In this document: piece by piece, positions 1 through 6,996 of the stretch
Layout: every line of letters starts with the position of its first letter
Numbering within the stretch: the stretch's first letter is position 1
The notes under the pieces: model-generated
Database searches by the model: none
Seen by the model: the letters and a program-made list of their open reading frames with translations, nothing else
What the model was told of the DNA's origin: nothing
NCBI GenBank assembly: GCA_934098515.1
Contig: CAKOOK010000003.1
Location: 5,070 to 69,069, forward strand
Direction: 5' to 3'
Length of the DNA: 64,000 nt
Source of the DNA: an uncultured Bacilli bacterium
Lineage (GTDB): Bacteria > Bacillota_I > Bacilli_A > RF39 > UBA660
Translations under genes and position numbers: made by a program

Positions 1-830
1 TCAAGTACTAAATCAGATATTGTAATTCTATCAGCATTCTTACTAGTAACAATAATATTACCATTACTCTTTACAAAGAAATCATTTAAATATCCACTAT
101 CTATAGTATATTCATTATATATTCTACCTAAATAATCAATCTCACGAATAACTGTAGGTAAACCACTAGTACTATCAGTATCAACACCAATAAGTAAATG
201 TCCATTATCTAATACTTTAATATTATGATAATAAGTACCATTAAGCATCCATCTAACATTACCATAACCATCTAATCCAAATGAATTCATACTAATTGGA
301 CTAGTAAGTAAATATAAATCACCAGCACTAGTAATATTACCACTTTGGGTAGTAACACTAGGCACACCTACCTTATCAGTCTTAATTCTAAACTCTTTAG
401 TAGTCTTATCACCTAAAGTAACAACTACAGTATTATCATAATCACCATATAACCCATAAACTGGAATATAATGATAATTACTCTTACCATAATTTATAGT
501 AAAATCATCACTATTCTTACCCTTAACTGTTACACTAACCTCAGTACTATCATCAGTATAAAACATAATCATCGCACTAAGTGGATTAGCATTATAAGGA
601 TTAACATAAACTTTAGCTCTATCTAAAGTATACTTATTCTTAACAAGTTCTTCCTTTAAATAAGCATCAACCTCTGCTTGCTCCTTACTACTTAAACTCT
701 GTCCTATAACAGTATCACCATTAAGTAAATTCTCATGAGTCTTACCACTAAAATATTTAACTAACAATGCACCTACAATAACTACAATAAGTACACCTAT
801 TAAAATATAATTCTTTTTATTCTCCATCAT
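1..830 (-). CDS. arylsulfotransferase (ASST)-like exported protein, N-terminal part; the CDS continues past the left edge
   Basis: Own minus-strand translation from ATG at 830 (RBS AGGTGAG just upstream). It reads MMENKKNYILIGVLIVVIVGALLV (TM anchor) ...LDRAKVYVNPYNANPLSAMIMFYTDDSTEVSVTVKGK...YGLYGDYDNTVVVTLGDK... and stays open to base 1. The pattern is recalled from the N-terminal domain of Gram-positive ASST-family proteins. It is absent from the supplied track because it is truncated. Confidence 0.45.
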   Translation of the reverse strand, partial: MMENKKNYILIGVLIVVIVGALLVKYFSGKTHENLLNGDTVIGQSLSSKEQAEVDAYLKEELVKNKYTLDRAKVYVNPYNANPLSAMIMFYTDDSTEVSVTVKGKNSDDFTINYGKSNYHYIPVYGLYGDYDNTVVVTLGDKTTKEFRIKTDKVGVPSVTTQSGNITSAGDLYLLTSPISMNSFGLDGYGNVRWMLNGTYYHNIKVLDNGHLLIGVDTDSTSGLPTVIREIDYLGRIYNEYTIDSGYLNDFFVKSNGNIIVTSKNADRITISDLVL

Positions 831-835
831 CTCAC

Positions 836-2557
836 CTACTTTACAATAAATGGATTTGCTTTAGTTCCATCTCCACCAATAATCTTAGCACTCTTAAGTT
901 GTAATGTTGGTCTTACTTTATTAGTATCAGTAACAACATTAGCTGTACCATCACCACCACCATATGATTTATATGATCCACCAGTAGAAACTGCATAACT
1001 ACTAGTATTAACATAATTATTATAAACATGAGCTTCTGGAGTACCATGGTTAAAGTTTGAAGTATCCATATTAAATCCAGTAATTTCAATTAACCAGAAA
1101 TTCTTACCAGTATTACTATTATTAGTTAAATAACTTCTATAACAATTATTACCATTACAATTAGCAACTTTACTATAATCATTCTTACTCATAAGAGCAA
1201 CCTTAGTATTAAGTGATCCACCACCAAATACAGTACCAGAAATATATTGATTCTCTACATATCTAGGATTAACCGCACTATAGAAACTATTAACTATATT
1301 ATCCATAGTATAACTAAATGCACCATTCAAATTATATCCACCTAATCCTTGATAATAATATCTTCCACCATTACAGCATCCACTATACTTACAAGCACCA
1401 ATCTGTCCATAAACCAAATCAGTTCTATTATTATAACTATAAGGATCATTAGCAATTATCTTAATACTATTACCCTTCTTATGATAAATTCTAAACATAT
1501 AAGAATTATTATTAAACTTCAAATAATTACTTTCTACTTCACCCTTAAAATAGCACTCATCAGTCTTACCAGCCTCTGGTGTACAATCACCATTAATAAA
1601 ATCTATTAAATTATCACTAACTACATATTCTAAAGTAAATGGACTAGGAACAGAACCATCACTATTAGTCTTATTATAACTAATAATTGCTTTCTTACTG
1701 CCTACTGGTTCAGTAACAAAACCTTTCATTGTAAAATCTGTAATATTATCTACAGGACTAGTAAATTCTTTCTTAGTACCATTCTTATAAGTAACAATTA
1801 ATGTAACCTTAGTATCCTTAGCCCCAAGAACTATCTTATTACCATTCTTATTTAAATAAGCAGTAAAACTATCAACATCATTCTCACTAGCAGCAACATA
1901 CACATTTCTAGTTTTGCTAACACTCTTACCATTATAAGTATAAGTATAAACAACACTATAACTACCAGCCTTAGTAACATCAACATTACAACTAGTAACC
2001 TTAATACTATCTCCCTTAACTAAAGGATAAGTCTTACTAGCATCATTTAAATCAGTTAAAACCAACTTACCATACTTAGAATCACTACTATTTAAACCCT
2101 TAAACTCATTTTCTTCAGTACACCAATTACTACCACTAGCATCATAAGCTAAATAAATAGAATCAGCAACTAAATAAGTATTAGTCTCATCAGCAGGATT
2201 AAGTTCAAACTCTGTAGCTCCCGTACTACCATTTAATGTAACACGAACAACTTCTTCATCTTTATACTTTTCATTAGTTTCCTTATTAGTAATATCTTCA
2301 CTAAGTAAACCATTACTTTTTAAATCCCCTATAGTAATATCTACAAAATTATATCCTTCATATAACTTCTCGATCTCACTCTTATTAGCACTAACATAAG
2401 CATCTGCTGCACTAAGTATCTGCTTAACAGTATCTTTATTATTCTCTTTAGGATCATTCTTACCAACTAAATTAACAATAAAAATACCAACAATAACTGC
2501 AATAAGTGCTATAACTGCAATTATCTCTACAAGTGTAAATCCTTTCTTATTCTTCAT
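836..2557 (-). CDS. large pilin-like protein: prepilin (class III) signal plus a non-diversified copy of the C-terminal module shared with P1/P2/P3
   Basis: The N-terminus MKNKKG|FTLVEIIAVIALIAVIV has the G-1/F+1/E+5 prepilin-peptidase motif followed by a hydrophobic helix. The C-terminal NYLKFNNNSYMFRIY...NKVRPTLQLKSAKIIGGDGTKANPFIVK aligns with NYVQFANKCWRIVRV...VRPSISLKSTTNVTGDGTSSSPFIIN of the paralogs. A GGAGGA RBS precedes the ATG. Confidence 0.75.
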   Translation of the reverse strand: MKNKKGFTLVEIIAVIALIAVIVGIFIVNLVGKNDPKENNKDTVKQILSAADAYVSANKSEIEKLYEGYNFVDITIGDLKSNGLLSEDITNKETNEKYKDEEVVRVTLNGSTGATEFELNPADETNTYLVADSIYLAYDASGSNWCTEENEFKGLNSSDSKYGKLVLTDLNDASKTYPLVKGDSIKVTSCNVDVTKAGSYSVVYTYTYNGKSVSKTRNVYVAASENDVDSFTAYLNKNGNKIVLGAKDTKVTLIVTYKNGTKKEFTSPVDNITDFTMKGFVTEPVGSKKAIISYNKTNSDGSVPSPFTLEYVVSDNLIDFINGDCTPEAGKTDECYFKGEVESNYLKFNNNSYMFRIYHKKGNSIKIIANDPYSYNNRTDLVYGQIGACKYSGCCNGGRYYYQGLGGYNLNGAFSYTMDNIVNSFYSAVNPRYVENQYISGTVFGGGSLNTKVALMSKNDYSKVANCNGNNCYRSYLTNNSNTGKNFWLIEITGFNMDTSNFNHGTPEAHVYNNYVNTSSYAVSTGGSYKSYGGGDGTANVVTDTNKVRPTLQLKSAKIIGGDGTKANPFIVK

Positions 2558-2565
2558 AAATCCTC

Positions 2566-3132
2566 CTATTTAATTTCCAATATATTATCATGCACAGCAC
2601 CTGACTTCTCATCAAAATACCCTAGCATGCTAACACTAAAATCATCTGCTAACCTTTTAAAAGAAATATAAACATTTCCCTTATCAAAGTTAACACTTAC
2701 TCCAGTGACATAACCATCACTCACACTTAAGTAACAATCATTAGCTTTGCCTTTAATAAACAAACTCTTCAAAAACTCCGGACTAGCTTCACACCTATAT
2801 CCATCACCACTTTCATCTATCTTAAACTTACTAACAATATCACCTAAATTAACATAACTAGTATCAGTATCATATCTATAATAACCACCATCTAAAGCAT
2901 AATACATTCCCTTACTATCCATATAGACAGTCTTGTCATCATAAATAACCCTACCAACACTCCCATCATAATCAAAACTCCTAGAATAACCATCACCATC
3001 ATACATAATACCTATCCTAGCACTATACTTATCATATACCTTAACACTATCACCCTTATTATAAAAAACAACAAAGATAACCGAACATATAACAACAAGC
3101 ATACCTATCAAATAAACATATTTCTTTTTCAT
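2566..3132 (-). CDS. membrane-anchored hypothetical protein (Y/D/G-rich ectodomain)
   Basis: ORF track entry 2566..3144. The more likely start is ATG at 3132 (MKKKYVYLIGMLVVICSVIF, single N-terminal TM), preceded by GGTGGTGA. It lies 8 nt upstream of the next gene, so co-transcription is likely. No family recognised. Confidence 0.55.
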   Translation of the reverse strand: MKKKYVYLIGMLVVICSVIFVVFYNKGDSVKVYDKYSARIGIMYDGDGYSRSFDYDGSVGRVIYDDKTVYMDSKGMYYALDGGYYRYDTDTSYVNLGDIVSKFKIDESGDGYRCEASPEFLKSLFIKGKANDCYLSVSDGYVTGVSVNFDKGNVYISFKRLADDFSVSMLGYFDEKSGAVHDNILEIK

Positions 3133-3271
3133 AATCACCACCAATGTTCAAAACACGTACCAAAACCTCTACTATTATTATTTATCTCTCTCGCATGTCA
3201 GTTTGTCCCTCGAAGGTTTTCTCAAAGGCATCTGCGACTGACGATTTCGACCTTTTAATTTCTCGCCTTGT

Positions 3272-4855
3272 TTACATATTTATTATGAATGGTGAACTAC
3301 TAGTTCCATCACCAGTTACGTTGGTCGTCGACTTAAGAGAAATTGAAGGACGAACGCCGTAGGCGTTGCCCACGCCGCTGTTGTCGAAGTTGCCATAGAT
3401 GGCGAAAACGAACCAAACGTAAGCGTAGCGGCCAATGAAGTAGCTAGGAGACAAAGAACACCAATTATCACTTGTAGCATTTTCTTGTAAATATGTAGTA
3501 GTATTTCCTGTTCCTATAGCATATCCTGCATACGCTAATTCATCTGCTGTTATTAATCCTACCTTTGATGTTATTTTACTTAACTCTCCATTACATATTA
3601 AACTAGGACCAGTGCCTCCAGCACTATTACTTTTACTTGATAATCTTTGTGTGGTGCCATAATATGTCTTGTTTGTGCCATATCCAAGTCCTGTTGGAGT
3701 TCCTCCGGACAACGGATTATAAGTAGTATCCGTCACATTTGTTTTATCATTACACCATACAGTATCATCTATTACTTTTTCATAATCTTTAAGATTATTC
3801 TTATCATACCAAGCCTCTAAATTAGTTAGTATCGTACTTTTATTGGTATTTGCATGTGTAGCTTCATATGTACTAGAGCCTGGTGTTCCATACTTAAATC
3901 CTACATAAGCATTGTCATTATCGTTTGAATTAAATGCACTTGTATATGTAGTACCAGAGTATCTAGCAAATGCTGCATTATCATTATTATTTGCTGGATC
4001 ACAAGGATTAGCTGCTCCGGCAGTATTATCATTATGTAAAATAAGTTTTACTGAACCATCTCCACCAACTCTTACTATTCTCCAGCACTTATTAGCAAAC
4101 TGTACATAGTTATTTGTTACAGCTCCTCTAAAATAATAGCTTGTTCCATAATCATCTTCTGCACTTGCAAGTAATGCCTCACTAGCAGTAGATATTGCTG
4201 CTCCTGGTGTAGTTATTGGAGTCTTTACTTCATTTTTTGCTAGTATTGCTTCACTTAAAGTAGGAACATATTCTGCAGCAACTACACTAACAACTATCTT
4301 ACCTTTCCAAGTTTTATTTAAACCTTGTTCATTAGTTGTTTCTGAATCTAACCAAAGTCTTAAATCAAAAGATTTTGCTTCTTTATTTTTAAGTCCTGTA
4401 GTTTTTAGTACATATCCCTCTGTATTAGTATCTACTTCCCCTAAAGAAAGTGTACTCAAGATTACTGAACTGCCATCATTAGTCCCTTTAGTTGATAAAT
4501 TAGTTTTAACATAATTATCTTTTAAATAAGCAGTGTTAGTACTAGTTCTATATTCACTAACTAGTGCTATAGTTACTTTAACATAACTATCACAATTATT
4601 AGTTAATGTAAAAGTAAATGGTGATTGTTTAAGTCCATCTTCATCACTTATTGGAAAAGCATCAGATAATACTATTTCACTTGTTTCTTCTGTTAAAGTA
4701 GTATCTAAACAAGTTCTTGTACCAATAACATTACTATTAGTTTGAGTTTTAGTAATTCTATAATAAGCATAAGTTACTCCAATAAGTACTAATACAGTTA
4801 CAAGTAATCCATATAAAATTGTTCTTTTCTTCTTTTCTTTCTCTATAATATCCAT
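3272..4855 (-). CDS. surface protein P1: TasA/camelysin-like signal and beta-sandwich plus a C-terminal lectin-like module with a hypervariable patch
   Basis: Long ORF. The likely start is ATG at 4855 (MDIIEKEKKK...) after AGGTGAGG. The N-terminus ...LIGVTYAYYRITKTQTNSNVIGTRTCLD resembles SipW-type signals (GGTFAYFSD...N.F..GTLDL). SFDLRLWLDSETTNEQG resembles the TasA/camelysin fold. The C-terminal half is near-identical to 40097-41401 and 54197-56121 (EALLASAEDDYGTSYYFRGAVTNNYV.FANKCWRIVRVGGDGSVKLILHNDNT). Confidence 0.7.
   Translation of the reverse strand: MDIIEKEKKKRTILYGLLVTVLVLIGVTYAYYRITKTQTNSNVIGTRTCLDTTLTEETSEIVLSDAFPISDEDGLKQSPFTFTLTNNCDSYVKVTIALVSEYRTSTNTAYLKDNYVKTNLSTKGTNDGSSVILSTLSLGEVDTNTEGYVLKTTGLKNKEAKSFDLRLWLDSETTNEQGLNKTWKGKIVVSVVAAEYVPTLSEAILAKNEVKTPITTPGAAISTASEALLASAEDDYGTSYYFRGAVTNNYVQFANKCWRIVRVGGDGSVKLILHNDNTAGAANPCDPANNNDNAAFARYSGTTYTSAFNSNDNDNAYVGFKYGTPGSSTYEATHANTNKSTILTNLEAWYDKNNLKDYEKVIDDTVWCNDKTNVTDTTYNPLSGGTPTGLGYGTNKTYYGTTQRLSSKSNSAGGTGPSLICNGELSKITSKVGLITADELAYAGYAIGTGNTTTYLQENATSDNWCSLSPSYFIGRYAYVWFVFAIYGNFDNSGVGNAYGVRPSISLKSTTNVTGDGTSSSPFIINM
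3311..3445 (-). other. GC-rich, A-depleted hypervariable patch inside P1 (DGR variable-region-like)
   Basis: The coding strand reads TTC ATT GGC CGC TAC GCT TAC GTT TGG TTC GTT TTC GCC ATC TAT GGC AAC TTC GAC AAC AGC GGC GTG GGC AAC GCC TAC GGC GTT CGT CCT. These NNC codons are atypical for the window. Flanks are conserved with the paralogs. Confidence 0.6.
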
Positions 4856-4876
4856 TAGCCTCACCTACTATAAACA

Positions 4877-4905
4877 ATTATAAATGATAAGTATCTTTTA
4901 ATCAA
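4877..4905 (-). promoter_or_regulatory. candidate sigma-A-type promoter of the P1 transcription unit
   Basis: On the minus strand: TTGATT (4900-4905), a 17-nt spacer, then TATAAT (4877-4882). It sits a few nt upstream of the P1 RBS. Confidence 0.35.
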
Positions 4906-5100
4906 GGCTCTTTAATTTAATTTAATGAAAATTATAAAAAAAAGATAACTTCATGATATCAATAGTTGTCTTACTTAAATCTTGCTTAAATCCTACTTAA
5001 ATTAATTTTTATAATACATCTAATTTCTTTATAATAATGATTATTAAAACAACATTATAACTTTACCAAAAACCTATAAAATTATTTGACATTTACATTT

Positions 5101-5198
5101 AAAAGCAGCAAAAAACCTGCAAAAAGCTGCAAAAAGCTGCAAAAAGCAGCAAAAAGTAGCAAAAAGTAGCAAAAAAGTGGCAAAAAAGTGGCAAAAAA
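5101..5198. repeat. tandem 10-11 bp repeat of phased A-tracts (AAAAA[A]G[CT][AT/G]GC, about 10 units)
   Basis: Read directly: aaaagcagc aaaaaacctgc aaaaagctgc aaaaagctgc aaaaagcagc aaaaagtagc aaaaagtagc aaaaaagtggc aaaaaagtggc aaaaaagtagc. The spacing equals one helical turn. Confidence 0.9.
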
Positions 5199-5215
5199 GT
5201 AGCAAACTTTGCTAC
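5193..5215 (-). terminator. rho-independent terminator of the AlbA_2-like gene (overlaps its stop codon)
   Basis: On the minus strand: GTAGCAAAGTTTGCTAC hairpin (5199-5215) followed by TTTTTT. Confidence 0.65.
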
Positions 5216-6882
5216 TTCACTTTCCAACATGAACCACCTAACTCAGCATCATTATAAATTTTGCCTTGCTTTTTTAAGATATTTAGTAAATATCTAACCC
5301 TATTAATTTTACCAATTTCATCTAATGAATTAGGTAACTTATCTTTAAGTAAAGAAATAATTTCTTTTCTACTTGCTGAACCATATTCTTTTATATATTT
5401 AATTATTAGTTCCATATAAAACTCATTTTCTAATCCAGAATTATAAACATACTCTTCTTTCTTTTCAGTTAAACTAGCAAGACTTGATGAAATATAAATA
5501 TTTGGATATCTTCCTTCAATTAAATTATCTTTTTTTAGATAATCACTTTGCTGTTTGCTTATCGGGTATCTCTTTTGTAATCTATCAAGTAATATTATTG
5601 CACTAATATCTAAGTTTGTTCTTTCAAACAACAATCTACTATAATTTTCATCAATTATTTTTCCATATAATGTTACAATAACACGATTAGGATTACTTAA
5701 ATCATAATCAGGCATTGGAAAATATTTTTTCTTTTGAATATCATATACTCGTTTAATTCCACTACCAACTGTATCTATCATATTCAAATTAACCATCGCA
5801 CTTATTAAAAATGGATTCCTATAATATGGAGAAGAATATCCATCTTTTAAAACATTCTCAATTGTTTCCGGAATAAAACTACCTTCATTTATGATCATCA
5901 ATCTATCTGAATATTCAATTATATTAATGTTTCCATGAAGTCTGTAATCTTGATGAGCAATACAATTATTAATTAACTCACGAAGAATATAATTATCATA
6001 CTTATCTACTTCATAAGGAAATAAAGTTGCATCACTAATCATGTATCTATACTTTAAATTTCTAATCTTAGATTTTATTTTATCAATATTAATAATAAAA
6101 GGTATTCCAAAATGTTCATAATCAATCACATTAAAATCATCATAAAGTTTCCACGTCATTCGTGGAATATATCCTTCCATCAAATAGTCATAATCACTAT
6201 TTCCTAAAAGCAACATACAAGCCATAGTTATCTTATTATTAATTGTTAATCTCGCTTTATTTAAAAATTGAGTATCAGTCAAATTATCAACTTCATCTAT
6301 TAAATTATCATCTTTATGTTTAACTTTAAATTGTTCTCTAGCAACTTTAATCGCATCTTTATCAAGATTATCTATTGTAGCTTCTTCAAGAACTTGTCTT
6401 GACCAATCATAATTTATAGTAGTTTTAATTTGTTCAATCTTATTTAGTGATAAAGGAGATAATGACTCGCCTATTCTTCCATAAGGAAAGCCTTTCCAAT
6501 TAATTGGTGTTCCAGAGGCGGCTGGTACTTGAAACATTATCACTCTTTTACCATTAACAACTATCGTATAAATTTCAATAAAACTTATATTATCCGTAGT
6601 ATTGTCAGAAATTTGTTTTTTCACCTTATTAAAATCATTATCTATGCAATAATTAGTACTAGTTAACTCATGTGTTTTATCATCAACACCAAATATTATC
6701 CAAGAATAAAGTTTGTTTTTTAAATTAGCTTCATTACCTAAAGCCGAGAAATATTTTCCTAAGGTATCAACATCAAAATTATTTTTAGCTCTTTTAAACT
6801 CAACACATTCATTTTCAGAAACTTTTAATAGATTACTTAATATTACAAGTAGCTCCTCAGTTGTCTTATACAAACTTATCAC
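5212..6882 (-). CDS. AlbA_2 (Schlafen-type) domain plus HATPase_c_4-like putative DNA-binding/regulatory protein ('RecG-like' annotation class)
   Basis: The N-terminus ...VSENECVEFKRAKNNF... matches the E.EFK AlbA_2 motif. LRELINNCIAHQDY matches the RE...NA..HRDY motif of the associated ATPase-like domain. The C-terminal part looks wHTH-like. The start (GTG at 6882 or TTG 9 nt downstream) is uncertain. Confidence 0.55.
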   Translation of the reverse strand: MISLYKTTEELLVILSNLLKVSENECVEFKRAKNNFDVDTLGKYFSALGNEANLKNKLYSWIIFGVDDKTHELTSTNYCIDNDFNKVKKQISDNTTDNISFIEIYTIVVNGKRVIMFQVPAASGTPINWKGFPYGRIGESLSPLSLNKIEQIKTTINYDWSRQVLEEATIDNLDKDAIKVAREQFKVKHKDDNLIDEVDNLTDTQFLNKARLTINNKITMACMLLLGNSDYDYLMEGYIPRMTWKLYDDFNVIDYEHFGIPFIINIDKIKSKIRNLKYRYMISDATLFPYEVDKYDNYILRELINNCIAHQDYRLHGNINIIEYSDRLMIINEGSFIPETIENVLKDGYSSPYYRNPFLISAMVNLNMIDTVGSGIKRVYDIQKKKYFPMPDYDLSNPNRVIVTLYGKIIDENYSRLLFERTNLDISAIILLDRLQKRYPISKQQSDYLKKDNLIEGRYPNIYISSSLASLTEKKEEYVYNSGLENEFYMELIIKYIKEYGSASRKEIISLLKDKLPNSLDEIGKINRVRYLLNILKKQGKIYNDAELGGSCWKVK

Positions 6883-6996
6883 CTCTATTAGTTATTGTTG
6901 TAAGAACATCCCGGATTTCCTTTTTATTTTTTTAATAAAATGAAAAACTAGCAGAAAATTTTTGATTTATACTCATATTAAAAGAACCCAAAGTTT

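Noticed and set aside
5101-5198. Possible CRISPR array (regular short repeats)
   Set aside because: The units are 10-11 bp A-tract repeats with no spacers, and there are no cas genes. This is a phased A-tract tandem repeat, not a CRISPR.
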